From a candidate division WOR-3 bacterium (GTDB lineage Bacteria; SDB-A), in contig JAFGSQ010000006.1 of assembly GCA_016934535.1 (NCBI GenBank), positions 2,617 through 66,616 of the forward strand: DNA of 64,000 nt, written 5' to 3'. Shown here in pieces: positions 47,902 to 58,223 of the stretch (positions within the stretch are counted from its first letter, which is position 1; each line of letters begins with the position of its first letter). The notes under the pieces were generated by a model, which worked only from the letters and a program-made list of their open reading frames with translations, did no database searches and was not told the origin of the DNA. The position numbers and the translations under genes were made by a program.

Positions 47902-49296
47902 TCAAATCCATTTTTCAGGCGTCGCGTTTTTCTCGTTGTTTTTCACCGGGAAAAGTATTATTCGGCGTAAATAATCGACTCCCCACCTGTATCGAGTTCC
48001 GCAGGAAGTGCATGTATAACCTGGAGCCGTGTCTTTTCCGCCCGTCTTCTGCACGTGAGAGAATTTTTTACATATAGGGCAGACTGGATCTAGAGCTGTT
48101 TTCGGAGCGAGCATATCCAAATTGGGGTCGAGCATACTTCTCAGTATTTCATCAAATTTCACTCTGATCTCTTTGAGCGGACCCGTGTATGTTCTCGTAA
48201 TCGTTTTTATTTTCTGATGCGTCACTGCATGAGTTCCGACCGTGAGAATCGTCACCGGAATTCCATTGAGTGGTTCGGCGAAGCTGATATACGTTTTTCC
48301 GCCGGCTTCACGCTTCAGATTGACAATGAACTCCGGAGGAATTATGTACAATACGTTTCCGGGGTATGTCCGATTGTGATCCAATAAAAACTCTGCTTTG
48401 TCCGGACCTGTCTGTGCGCCTATGCCCAGAAGAAGTACAATAAAATTCGGCGAGACCGCCATAAATAAATCGCCGTTCAAGGGATTGGTGTCATTCTCCC
48501 TCGGCGCGTATGAAATCTGCTGGAATATCAGTTTAAATTGTGAAAGATTCTCCGCGAAAGGTATAAGCTCCGATTTCAGCTTTAACCTGTCGTAAGACTT
48601 GTCGAATTGATCCAGGCGATACGCTTTTTGTCTCAGTGCCTCTCTTGCTTGTTCTTTGTCCTTTAGCCTGGCTTCCCAGTCGGCTTTATCCCGCGCGTTT
48701 TCAGCCGCTTCAGCTTTCCTTCTTTCTTCTAAATCTATTTTTGTAATCCGGTTTATGTACTCTTCGCATTCAGAAAGCAGTTTTCTGTCAATTTTAATAC
48801 CTTTCGAAAATAGCTTTATCCTCTCTTTCACTGTCTCAAGAAAATAATCGTCTTTATTTCTTCTGCTCCATGTTTTCAAGGCGGCGACTTCTAATTCGGA
48901 GTTTTTTGAACCGGTTAAAACCGCACTCAGAAAAAAGTCTACGGCTTTGACAATTTTCTTTTTGTGCAAATTTATCAAAACTACATTGAATAAAAAAGAA
49001 AGCATTCCGCTCAAGACCGTCATGATTAAAAATATAAGTATCTTTAAAAAAAAGTTGGGATTGAATCCAGTTCGGGGAAAAATAAAAAAGACGCTCAATG
49101 CGGAAAGGAATACAAGAAAAAAAGCCAACACTTTGGATAAAACGTGGCTTTCGGCGCCTTTTATAAATTCAAAATTCAGGCCGTTCCTTTCTGTAGAAAA
49201 ATCTTTCATTTTTTCGTAACGGTCAAAATATTTGATTTTTAGCTTTTCTATGTCGGGAAAACCGTTTTGTAACTCTTCCTTTTTTTCTTCCTGCAT
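47902..49296 (-). CDS. Hypothetical membrane protein: 2 TM helices + long coiled coil + globular domain + C-terminal zinc ribbon
   Basis: Hydrophobic helices at ~aa 55-105. A coiled-coil region EERRKAEAAENARDKADWEARLKDKEQAREALRQ. C-terminal CPIC...CTSCG. No family recognised. Confidence 0.45.
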   Translation of the reverse strand: MQEEKKEELQNGFPDIEKLKIKYFDRYEKMKDFSTERNGLNFEFIKGAESHVLSKVLAFFLVFLSALSVFFIFPRTGFNPNFFLKILIFLIMTVLSGMLSFLFNVVLINLHKKKIVKAVDFFLSAVLTGSKNSELEVAALKTWSRRNKDDYFLETVKERIKLFSKGIKIDRKLLSECEEYINRITKIDLEERRKAEAAENARDKADWEARLKDKEQAREALRQKAYRLDQFDKSYDRLKLKSELIPFAENLSQFKLIFQQISYAPRENDTNPLNGDLFMAVSPNFIVLLLGIGAQTGPDKAEFLLDHNRTYPGNVLYIIPPEFIVNLKREAGGKTYISFAEPLNGIPVTILTVGTHAVTHQKIKTITRTYTGPLKEIRVKFDEILRSMLDPNLDMLAPKTALDPVCPICKKFSHVQKTGGKDTAPGYTCTSCGTRYRWGVDYLRRIILFPVKNNEKNATPEKWI

Positions 49297-49372
49297 ATAC
49301 CCTTTTTATCAGTCTTTAAAATATATTTTTACAGATAATTTTCTCCAAAAATAAATTGAAAATCCAATTAAT

Positions 49373-49750
49373 TCATTTAAAGTCAATTTCGCTGGAATTA
49401 ATAAAACCGTCGGAATTCTCGTTAATGTATTCCTCGAGAGCACTTTCTTCTATCAATATTGTCTGTTCGCCGGTTTTCGTGAATTCATTTCTTGCTGGTT
49501 TTTCTGTTAATTTAATAAAAAAATCGAATCCTTCAAATTCTGAAATGTCACTAATTCTCATTGTCACGACATCGTATGTCTGCACATAATCTTCTCCGTC
49601 TTCACCCGTATAAAATATTTTGATTTCTTCTCTCTTGTAATCAGAAAAAGTCGCCACCATTTCAATTTTTCCGGACCATGCAGATGCTGTGCCGCTGCAG
49701 GTTAGAACCACAAATGACAGATATGAAAAGAAGGCTCTTGCTAAATACAT
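49373..49750 (-). CDS. Hypothetical small secreted protein (signal peptide)
   Basis: N-terminal MYLARAFFSYLSFVVLTCSGTASA, then an acidic domain. It lies directly upstream of 47902..49296 on the same strand. Confidence 0.4.
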   Translation of the reverse strand: MYLARAFFSYLSFVVLTCSGTASAWSGKIEMVATFSDYKREEIKIFYTGEDGEDYVQTYDVVTMRISDISEFEGFDFFIKLTEKPARNEFTKTGEQTILIEESALEEYINENSDGFINSSEIDFK

Positions 49751-50087
49751 AACAATCCTCCAAATTAAAGTTTAAATACACTGACAATTGAATTATATAC
49801 GACAAATTTGCCGGAAAGACAAATTACAAAATTTTAATGCACGGACTATGACAAACGACTTTATTCAATTTAAAAAGATCTTATTTAATCCTCCCCCATT
49901 ATCGCCAGTTAAACAAAAACAATCACGGGTAATAATTTCATTGAGAGGTCATATCCGTTTTTTAAAATGTTTATTTCAAAGCCATAAGCAACTATGAAGC
50001 CTAATCTAATGATGTTTGTTTGAATCGTCATTCTTGTTATAATTAATGAGATTATTATTCAACACTCTAATAAAGGATTAAGTTTTT

Positions 50088-50852
50088 ATGAGTGCCTTGA
50101 ATTGTTTTGCTCTTATTTTTGTTTCTTTGTCAGCCTGTTCCAACCTTCAAAAAGCAAATCTTGACAGCAATTACTGTCAAAATAAAGTAGACGAATTTAA
50201 TCAACTTATTAAGCCGTATTTTTGTTACGAGGAAACTGATCCGGACAAACGATTTGACGTTACAAATTTCTTACTAGTCCTCGACCTCCTTTCCATGGAC
50301 AGCGGCTATCGCCTGGATTTCCTTTACATGCCTGTCGCCGGAGGCGGGCAACCTGTTCTGGTTTCGATACCTGTATCACAGTCCATCGATGAATTCGCTG
50401 ATAAATTCAGAGATATATTTACAGAGGAAGAATGGCAAAATAACGCGGCTTACGATAAATTCTTTGAACACATTCGAACCGACGGTTCACCGGAAGCCTT
50501 TTTCCAGCTAGCCATTCTCGGAATTATGGGCAATCATTTCTGCCTTTTCTGGCATTCCCTGGAGTTAGACGATGTCATCATCTGCAGCCAAAGTGGTCTC
50601 GATGAACTTATCAACACCCTTTTGTCCGAAGGATTCCAGATTCCGCCGGACGCACTTAAAACAGCGCGCGAGACCGACCTTACTCCTTCAATTATAATGA
50701 CTGAAAATTCAGTTGAAATATCAGTTATAGCCTTTACTAAATACGGAGGATTTGAGAAACACACGCTTGTTTTTAATTCTGAATTTCCTCACATTCTGCT
50801 TTCAAGAAACATTGAAACTGTCGCTTGGTGCTTTATAGGAGGAATTCACTAA
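50088..50852 (+). CDS. Hypothetical lipoprotein
   Basis: Signal peptide with a lipobox-like LSAC. 254 aa, no recognisable family. Confidence 0.4.
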   Translation: MSALNCFALIFVSLSACSNLQKANLDSNYCQNKVDEFNQLIKPYFCYEETDPDKRFDVTNFLLVLDLLSMDSGYRLDFLYMPVAGGGQPVLVSIPVSQSIDEFADKFRDIFTEEEWQNNAAYDKFFEHIRTDGSPEAFFQLAILGIMGNHFCLFWHSLELDDVIICSQSGLDELINTLLSEGFQIPPDALKTARETDLTPSIIMTENSVEISVIAFTKYGGFEKHTLVFNSEFPHILLSRNIETVAWCFIGGIH

Positions 50853-50961
50853 AACAGGATAAGCGTCATCTCAACAGGACTGATTGTCTGTTTTTCTGCT
50901 ACAAGCAAAATTTCTCAATAATTTGACAATCATTTGCTTCCTGAACTCAGTGTGTAAGTTT

Positions 50962-51549
50962 CTATATGTCTTTTCGGGGATATACTTTTAAATACGGTGA
51001 TTCACCGGAGCAATTTTTGCATTTGTCTCCGTGTTTGACGGGATATGCTTCTTTACAAACCGGGCAAATTCCTGAGGGACCGCCTCTTTCTCTTGTCAAT
51101 TTTTTCGAATCGACAAGCACATTTTGCCGGCTTAGAATATTTTGGCCGGCTTCTTTGATCTGAAACAGCAAAAGATCTTTGTCTTGATCTTTTTTTGGTT
51201 TAAGCTTAAAAAACCAACTGTTGATTTCAGGCCAATTTATCAATTTTTCCGCATCAAGATAAACTCTCACGCCGTTGCCGGATTTTTTTTCATATAATGT
51301 AACGGCAAATTTTCCAAAATCAAAAACTTTCAGCCATCCGTTGCCTATTGTACAAGGAGTGAGTATCTGAACGGCGTCGGGAAGACATGACTGAGTTTCG
51401 CAAATGGCGTCAAAAAAATCTCCTTCGGGAAGATTTTTCATGGCTAAATCAATAATAAAGCCGCCTATCAGCAAACCGGGAGCCAGACTGCCGTGAAAAG
51501 ATTCGACCAGTCTGATATATTCTTCGTATGAGTATTTCCCTATGTTCAC
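50962..51549 (-). CDS. FmdE-family protein with C-terminal zinc ribbon, a frequent partner of tungstate/molybdate uptake genes
   Basis: 195 aa. N-terminal FmdE-like domain with conserved Cys (CETQSCLPDA). C-terminal CPVCKEAYPVKHGDKCKNCSG. Confidence 0.65.
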   Translation of the reverse strand: MNIGKYSYEEYIRLVESFHGSLAPGLLIGGFIIDLAMKNLPEGDFFDAICETQSCLPDAVQILTPCTIGNGWLKVFDFGKFAVTLYEKKSGNGVRVYLDAEKLINWPEINSWFFKLKPKKDQDKDLLLFQIKEAGQNILSRQNVLVDSKKLTRERGGPSGICPVCKEAYPVKHGDKCKNCSGESPYLKVYPRKDI

Positions 51550-51568
51550 TTGCCTGAAATCTCCATTT

Positions 51569-52282
51569 TCAGTATGCCAATGCCAGTTTCGGCTCCCTCG
51601 CCGCTTTGTTTACTTTTCCCTCGTCTGCTTCTGTATTTAATAATTGCTGATCCCATTCCTTGTCAATTTTCCCGTCAACAATCGGCAACATCTCATCCGC
51701 GAGGAACAATGCTTCGTTAATGTCGTGAGTGACATAAACTATCGGAACAGAAAGACTTTGCTTTAATTTTTTCAATTCCTCTCTGAGACTGCGGCGCGTG
51801 ACAAAATCCAGGGCAGAGAACGGCTCGTCCAGAAGAAGAATCTTCGGTTTTCTCGCGAGCGCCTGACAGAAGGCGCATCTCTGTCTTTCGCCGCCAGACA
51901 CCTGATAAGGTTTTCTGTCTGAAATATGGCTTATTTTAAACGCATCAAAAAGGTCGTAAACCTCTTTTTTATCGACGGCGGCAAACGCAGCATTATCAAA
52001 TAAACTGAGGTGCGGGAAAAGTGTGTAATCCTGGAACACATATCCGGTTCTTCTTTTCTGCGGAGATAAAAACCGCTTGGCGGAAGAATCGAACCATACA
52101 TCATCGCTTACGGATATTTTTCCCGTGTCCGGTTTTTCGAGTCCTGCGAGCATTCGAACGACAGTTGTCTTGCCGCTGCCGGAAGGTCCAATCAACACTG
52201 CTATCTTGCCTTCTTCGCAGGAAAAAGATAAGTCAATTACATAATGGTAAAGTTTCTTCTTTAAAGATACGCTTAATGACAT
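51569..52282 (-). CDS. Tungstate/molybdate ABC transporter ATP-binding protein (TupC/ModC-like, no Mop domain)
   Basis: Walker A GPSGSGKTT, signature VSGGERQR, Walker B LLLDEPFSALD. 237 aa with no C-terminal Mop domain. Confidence 0.8.
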   Translation of the reverse strand: MSLSVSLKKKLYHYVIDLSFSCEEGKIAVLIGPSGSGKTTVVRMLAGLEKPDTGKISVSDDVWFDSSAKRFLSPQKRRTGYVFQDYTLFPHLSLFDNAAFAAVDKKEVYDLFDAFKISHISDRKPYQVSGGERQRCAFCQALARKPKILLLDEPFSALDFVTRRSLREELKKLKQSLSVPIVYVTHDINEALFLADEMLPIVDGKIDKEWDQQLLNTEADEGKVNKAAREPKLALAY

Positions 52283-52935
52283 ATTCTTTTTTCAGTAAGT
52301 TTATTGACAACCAGTAAAAACACAAAACTTATCGGGATCATGCTCAAAGACAAAATTCCCGCGGTCGAGTAATCCATCTTTTCAACCGCTTCGTAAATAG
52401 CTATAGATGCAACCTTCGTGACGCCTCTTATGCTTCCTCCGACCATGACTATTACCCCGAAAGCTCCCATTGTGTGAATGAAAACAAGGACTGCTGCAGC
52501 GACGATTCCGCTGATGCTGTTCGGCAGGACAACTTTGAAAAAAACTTTCGGTTCCGACAAACCGAGCACTTTTGCGCTTTCAATGAGCCTCGTGTCGATT
52601 TTTTGAAACGCAGCTTTCATCGGCTGAACCGCGAAAGGCAAGCTGTATATCACAGTGGCTATTGTAATTGCAATAAAAGTAAAAAGAAGAGTACTTCCCG
52701 TCGCTTTTTCCCAGATACGGCCTATAAAACCTTTCGGCCCCATTGCCATTATCAGATAAAATCCTATCACTGTCGGGGGCAAAGCGGTCGGAAGATAAAG
52801 AAACGATTCAATGAACGGTTTTCCTTTGAATCTGTTGAAAGCCAAAAAATAAGCGAGAGGAGCTCCTAAGACCATCAAAACGGCAGTTGTTGTAAACGCA
52901 AGCTTCAGTGTGACGTATAGAGGCAGTAGATCCAT
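52273..52935 (-). CDS. Tungstate/molybdate ABC transporter permease (TupB/ModB-like)
   Basis: 220 aa with 5-6 TM helices and an EAA-like loop (ESAKVLGLSEPKVFFKVVLP). Confidence 0.8.
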   Translation of the reverse strand: MDLLPLYVTLKLAFTTTAVLMVLGAPLAYFLAFNRFKGKPFIESFLYLPTALPPTVIGFYLIMAMGPKGFIGRIWEKATGSTLLFTFIAITIATVIYSLPFAVQPMKAAFQKIDTRLIESAKVLGLSEPKVFFKVVLPNSISGIVAAAVLVFIHTMGAFGVIVMVGGSIRGVTKVASIAIYEAVEKMDYSTAGILSLSMIPISFVFLLVVNKLTEKRICH

Positions 52936-53724
52936 CTATTCGTAACCGTATCTGACATTTATTTGATTTACTTCATTCGACGACAAAAATTTAATAAACT
53001 CTTCGACCGCTCTTCTGTTTTCAGTTCTGACAAGCAAACAGGCGGATTGTATGACGGGAGGAGCTTCTTCAACGAAGAAATAACTTCCCTTCTCTCCTTC
53101 GGAGGAAAAAACAGAAGAGTAAGCGCAGAAACCGGCGTCCACTGCTTCAGTGGATGCGTACTGAAAGGCCTGGGCGATCGTCTGGGCAGTTACAATTCTA
53201 TCTGACACAGTTTCGGCTAATCCTGCAGATTCCAAAGCTATCAAAGCAGAAGTCCCGTATGGAGCAGTTTCAGGATTGGCCAAAGCAATTTTTGATATAT
53301 TTTCCCTTGCCATGGCTGATTTCCAGTCTCCGGAATCCGCGAAATTCGCGTCAGCCGACCAGAGCACTACTTTGCCGCGGGCATATATAAAAGGTTTTTC
53401 CGAAAGCCCTGCGCTGAAAAGAGATTCCGGTCTTTCTTCGTCGGCAGAGAAAAAAATGTCGTAAGGAGCACCGTTGATTATCTGATTATAAAGGTTTCCT
53501 GAGGATGTGAACGTCGCCTCTATTTCTATACCGGTCTCTTTCTCAAAAGCGGCTTCAATCTCACCGAAGGGCTGAGTGTAGTTTGCCGCGACCGCGACCT
53601 GAATACTTTCAGTTTTTTTTTCACAACCGGTAAATGATAGAACAGAAATACTGACAATTGAAAATACAAAAAATAACGATTTTAATTTCATTTTATAGCG
53701 TCTCCGATATTTGTCACATAACAT
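52936..53724 (-). CDS. Periplasmic oxyanion-binding protein (TupA/ModA/WtpA-like)
   Basis: Signal peptide with lipobox (LSFTGC). A 262-aa type-II substrate-binding protein fold. First gene of the ABC cassette. Confidence 0.75.
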   Translation of the reverse strand: MLCDKYRRRYKMKLKSLFFVFSIVSISVLSFTGCEKKTESIQVAVAANYTQPFGEIEAAFEKETGIEIEATFTSSGNLYNQIINGAPYDIFFSADEERPESLFSAGLSEKPFIYARGKVVLWSADANFADSGDWKSAMARENISKIALANPETAPYGTSALIALESAGLAETVSDRIVTAQTIAQAFQYASTEAVDAGFCAYSSVFSSEGEKGSYFFVEEAPPVIQSACLLVRTENRRAVEEFIKFLSSNEVNQINVRYGYE

Positions 53725-53758
53725 TTAAGGCATAAAAAAACTCACAAACCAATATAAT

Positions 53759-53782
53759 ATCCGGGCATTTTTGAGCCCGGAT
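53759..53782 (-). terminator. Inverted repeat ATCCGGGC-atttttga-GCCCGGAT 19 nt downstream of fdhA; a weak terminator candidate or regulatory hairpin
   Basis: Perfect 8-bp stem. The T-run on the minus strand is not immediately adjacent, so intrinsic-terminator strength is uncertain. Confidence 0.3.
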
Positions 53783-53800
53783 ATCATATCTCTTAAAAGC

Positions 53801-56488
53801 TCAGATTTTTTCTATTTTTACCGCGCAAGCTTTGTATTCGGCGGTTTTCGTGTCAGGATCAAACACGTTGTTTGTCAGCCAGTTCGCATTTCCTTCCCTG
53901 AAATGAAAAGCCATCCAGACCAGACCGGGTGGAATTTTTTCCGTCACTTTCGCCCTGACTTTCACCGATCCACGGCGGGAGCTTACTTTTATGTACTCAC
54001 CGTCTTTGATTTTCATTTTTTTTGCGTCTTCAAGTGAAATGTCGGCTGTTTCTTCAGGCAGGATCTTGTCCAGCCCCACTCTTTTGGTCTGTGTTCTCGT
54101 GTGATAGTGGAACAGTCGGCGCCCAGTGCTGAGAACGAAGGGATATTCAGCATCTTCGACCTCCGCAGGCGGCGTCCATTCGACACCTTTGAACAGTCCT
54201 TTACCCCGGGAAAATTTTCCTTCTTTATGGAGAAACTTCGTTCCGGGATGTTCCACTGTCGGGCATGGCCACTGAAGTCCGTCTTTTTCTATTCGGTTAT
54301 ATTTTATCCCGCCGTAAGCAGGGGCGCACACCGAGATTTCGTTGTCCCAGATTTCCTGCGCGCTGTTGGACTGCCAGTCATGCCCCATGCGTTTTGCAAT
54401 CTCCTTGAAAATCCACCAGTTCGGTTTTGATTTTCCGGGAGCTTCCTTGATTTTGCGCACGCGGTTGACACGTCTTTCGCTATTTGTGAATGTTCCTTCG
54501 TCTTCACACCAGGCCGCCGCTGGAAGTATGACGTGGGCAAACCGTGTGGTCTCAGTCGGGAATATGTCGTTGCATACAATAAACTCTGCGGAAGAGAGTT
54601 CATGCTCGACATGTGTGATGTTAGGTTCAGAATTTGCGAGATTCTCGCCGAATATATAGAAAGCCCTGACTTTATTTGTCGGAAGTCCGGCCATCATATC
54701 GGGAAGCATCAGTCCCACTTTGTCAGAAAGATTTGAAACGTTCCAGAACTTTTCGAACTTTTCTTTATTTTTCGGATCGGTAACCGCCTGGTATCCAGGA
54801 TAAACATTCGGTAGAGCCGCCATGTCGCAGGCGCCCTGGACATTGTTCTGACCGCGAAGCGGGTTCACTCCGCCGCTTTCTTTGCCCATGTTTCCTAAAA
54901 GCATCTGGAGGTTGGCGGTAGACATGACGTTGTTTTTTCCGCATGTGTGTTCTGTTATGCCGAGCGTGTAACAGAGCATGGCGGGTTTGACAGACGCCAT
55001 CGTTTTGGCTATTTCTATGATTTTCTCGGTGGGAACACCGGATATAATTGAGGCTTTTTCGGGCGGATAGTTCATGACCGTTTTTTTAAGTTCCTCAAAA
55101 TTCTCGCAGTTTTCCTCGACAAACTTCTTGTCGTAGAGATTCTCGGTTATCAGAACATTCATGATGCCATTGAGAAAAGCAATGTCCGAACCCACCTTTA
55201 TCTGTGCAAAAATGTCCGCCTTCTTAGCCAGATCGTGTTTTCTGGGATCGGCTACGATAAGCTTTGCGCCTTTTTTCTTTGCGCGTTTGACGAAATACGA
55301 AGCCACGGGATGCGCTTCCGTCATGTTTGTGCCGATCAGGAAAAACATCTTGGCGTTTTCAAATTCACCGAAAGAATTTGTCATCGCACCGGAACCGAAG
55401 GTAGTTGCCAGACCGGCAACTGTCGGAGCGTGTCAAGTTCGTGCGCAATGGTCAATGTTGTTTGTGCCTACGACGCTCCTGAAAAGCTTCTGCATGTTGT
55501 AGGAGTCTTCGTTTATGCTCCTCGCACAGCTGACAGCAGCGAGAGCATCGGGACCGGATTCTTTCAAAATCTGCTTGAATTTGTCAGCGACCAGACAAAG
55601 AGCTTCGTCCCAGTCTGCTTCCCTGAACTTGCCGTCTTTTTCCCTTATCAGAGGAGTCGTAAGTCTGTCTTTATCATAAATGAAGTCGTAACCGTAGCGC
55701 CCTTTGACACAAAGATGCCCTTGATTCGGTTTCGCTTCATCAACTCCTTTGACTCTTACAATCTGATCCCCTTTAACCCACAACTCAAGCTGACAGCCCA
55801 CACCGCAGTATGGACATGTAGTTCGTACTTTTTCTATCTCCCAGGCCCGCGCTTTTCCCATGCCTTTTTTGTCCACCAGGGCTCCTACAGGGCATAACTG
55901 AACGCATTCCCCGCACTGAACGCACGTTGAATCTCCCATCGGACTGTCCTCATCGCAAACTACTTTTGTGTGTCCGCCCCTGTATCCAAAATCAAGAACT
56001 TCATTGACCACAAGATTGTTACATCCCTCTATACAGCGTCCGCACTGAATACACTTGCCGAAATCTCTCATTATGAACGCGGCGCTTTCGTCCTTCTCCT
56101 CTTTCTGTTCGACCAAAAAAGCAGGTACTTCAATTCCAAGATGATAAGCGGCGTCCTGAAGTTCGCAGTCTCCGTTGCGCTCGCACGACAGACAGTTGTG
56201 ATTCCCGTTGGCTAAAAGCAGGTTGACTATCATCTTGCGAGATTCAATAATTGTTTCAGTATTCGTCCTGATTTTCATCTGGTCTGCCGCCGCCAGCGAA
56301 CATGAGGTCTGCAGTCCTCTCATGCCCTCTACCTCTACAACGCATATTCTGCACATGCTCGCAGGACCGATTTTGGTATGATAACAGAGCGATGGAATGT
56401 AAATATCATTCTCCCTCGCAACCTGAAGTATTGTTTTATCACCTTCAAAGGTTATCTCTCTTCCGTCGATAATCATTTTTTTGCTCAT
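53801..56488 (-). CDS. fdhA: Formate dehydrogenase catalytic (alpha) subunit, NAD-linked FdhA/FdsA type, selenocysteine-containing (in-frame TGA at 55433-55435)
   Basis: The ORF track splits it into 55433..56488 and 53801..55384. Reading through the TGA in frame gives ...[53 protein letters not shown]..., which matches the FdhF Sec motif CARVUHGPSVAGL. The N-terminus has NuoG-like 2Fe-2S/4Fe-4S Cys clusters. The C-terminus has the molybdopterin-dinucleotide-binding domain. Confidence 0.85.
55395..55432 (-). promoter_or_regulatory. Bacterial SECIS element (selenocysteine insertion hairpin) immediately 3' of the UGA
   Basis: mRNA: UGA CAC GCU CCG ACA GUUGCC-GGUCU-GGCAAC UACC. E. coli fdhF: UGA CAC GGC CCA UCG GUUGCA-GGUCU-GCACC. 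Shared features are the same spacing from the UGA, a 6-bp stem and the GGUCU apical loop. Confidence 0.7.
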
Positions 56489-56504
56489 CAGAGATTCTCC
56501 TTTT

Positions 56505-58223
56505 TCAATTATTCACCAGAGCCTCAAACTCTGACCTGAATTTTTCTACCATGGCTTTTATGGGTAAGGAAAACGCTTCACCGGTTGGGCAAAGAGTCAG
56601 CCCTTTTATGTTCGAACAAAGATTAACAATAAGGTCTATGTCTGATTTTGACCCTCTGCCTTCGACTATGTCGCGCAGTTTGTTGACAATTACGAGAGAA
56701 CCTTCTCTGCAGGGCGTACACTGTCCGCAGGATTCGTGGTGATAAAACTCCATGGTTCTCAGGGCTAAAGCAGGTATAGACACAGTGTCGTTAATCACTA
56801 TTATTCCGCCCGAACCCAAAGCAGTCCCGGCTTTAGCGCATGAATCGTAATCGAGCAAAAGGTTCTTTGCCTCTTTGGCTGTGAGAACAGGCACAGAAAG
56901 TCCTCCGACGATTATCGCTTTCATTTTCCCTTTCACTCCTCCCGCCGCCTTGAGAATAACGCTGAGTTTTGTGCCAAGAGGATATTCGAACACGCCGGGA
57001 TTGCTGACGTGTCCGGAAACTCCGAATATTTTGGGTCCGTAGTTGTCTTTTGTTCCGATTTTTTTAAATTCGGCCGCTCCTTTTCCGACAATGTATGGAA
57101 CACAAGATAAAGTTTCGACATTGTTGACAACTGTCGGGCATCCGTAGAGACCGAAGTTCGCAGGGAAAGGCGGCTTGGATCTCGGATTTCCTCTTTTCCC
57201 CTCCAATGATTCAATCTGTGCGGTTTCGTCTCCGCACACGTATGAACCTGCGCCTCTGTGAACCACTATGTCTATGTGTTTTATCTGACCGTCATTTTTG
57301 GCTTCTTCAATTGCCGTTTCGAGGATATCGGCTATCCAGGAAAATTCCCCTCTTATGTAGACAAATGCTTTGGCCGCTTTAATCGCGTGAACGCAGATGG
57401 CTATACCCTCAATAAGCAAATGGGGATTAAATTCCATGATCTGCCTGTCTTTGAAGGTTCCGGGTTCCCCTTCGTCGGCATTGCAAATAAGGTAAACAGG
57501 GCGCGGATCATTTTTTGGAAGAAATGACCACTTGGTTCCTGCAGGAAAACCGGCTCCTCCTCTTCCGCGGATTTGAGCCTCTTTAACTTCATTTACAACT
57601 TCTTCGGGCCTCATATTCAGGGCTTTTGTCAGCGCTTCGTACCCGCCGTTGGACTTATAATATGATAAAGTGCGGCAATCCTTTTTGGAACGATCGTTCA
57701 AAAGTATATTGCACTCCGAAACGACTCTCATCTTTGAGCTTTTTTCCGGTATTTTGCCTTTTTTCAGAGATTCAATAAGCTTTTCAGTTTTACTTACTGT
57801 CATATTTTCGAAATACCTGTCGTTGACCTGTATCACCGGACCCGTTGCGCATGAAGCCAGGTCCTGAACCGTGGACAATGTGAACATTCCGTTTTTTGTG
57901 GTTTCACCGACATTTATTCCGAGTTTTGAACTGAGATATTTTACTATTTTATCTGCACCGTGAAGATAGCCGGGAACACAAGTATCAACCTGAAGGTGAT
58001 ATTTCCCCACCGGAACCGTATTGAACATCGAATAATATGTGGCGATGCTGAAAACACGGCTTTTGCTCACTCCGGTAATACGTGATATTTTTTCAATCAA
58101 CGCCGGACTCATGTAATTGCCGTTTTTTTTCTGTAAATGCTGCATAACCGGCAACAAAGCCGATTCCGGCTTCGGATATTTGCCGGTTATTTTCTCAAAA
58201 TTCTCTTTCGTCTCTGTTTTCAT
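56505..58223 (-). CDS. fdhB: Formate dehydrogenase NAD(P)-binding subunit: fused NuoE-like + NuoF-like (FMN, NADH, 4Fe-4S) domains
   Basis: NuoF motifs GRGGAGFPAGTKW (FMN), ICNADEGEPGTFKDR (NADH) and ESCGQCTPCREG (4Fe-4S). The N-terminal ~160 aa are a NuoE-like thioredoxin-fold domain in which only 2 of the usual 4 cluster Cys are evident. Confidence 0.85.
   Translation of the reverse strand: MKTETKENFEKITGKYPKPESALLPVMQHLQKKNGNYMSPALIEKISRITGVSKSRVFSIATYYSMFNTVPVGKYHLQVDTCVPGYLHGADKIVKYLSSKLGINVGETTKNGMFTLSTVQDLASCATGPVIQVNDRYFENMTVSKTEKLIESLKKGKIPEKSSKMRVVSECNILLNDRSKKDCRTLSYYKSNGGYEALTKALNMRPEEVVNEVKEAQIRGRGGAGFPAGTKWSFLPKNDPRPVYLICNADEGEPGTFKDRQIMEFNPHLLIEGIAICVHAIKAAKAFVYIRGEFSWIADILETAIEEAKNDGQIKHIDIVVHRGAGSYVCGDETAQIESLEGKRGNPRSKPPFPANFGLYGCPTVVNNVETLSCVPYIVGKGAAEFKKIGTKDNYGPKIFGVSGHVSNPGVFEYPLGTKLSVILKAAGGVKGKMKAIIVGGLSVPVLTAKEAKNLLLDYDSCAKAGTALGSGGIIVINDTVSIPALALRTMEFYHHESCGQCTPCREGSLVIVNKLRDIVEGRGSKSDIDLIVNLCSNIKGLTLCPTGEAFSLPIKAMVEKFRSEFEALVNN

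Noticed and set aside
55384-55433. Apparent split of the formate dehydrogenase into two ORFs, suggesting a pseudogene or two subunits
   Set aside because: The same frame continues across a single TGA at the canonical Sec position with a SECIS hairpin directly after it, so this is a selenoprotein and not a disruption.
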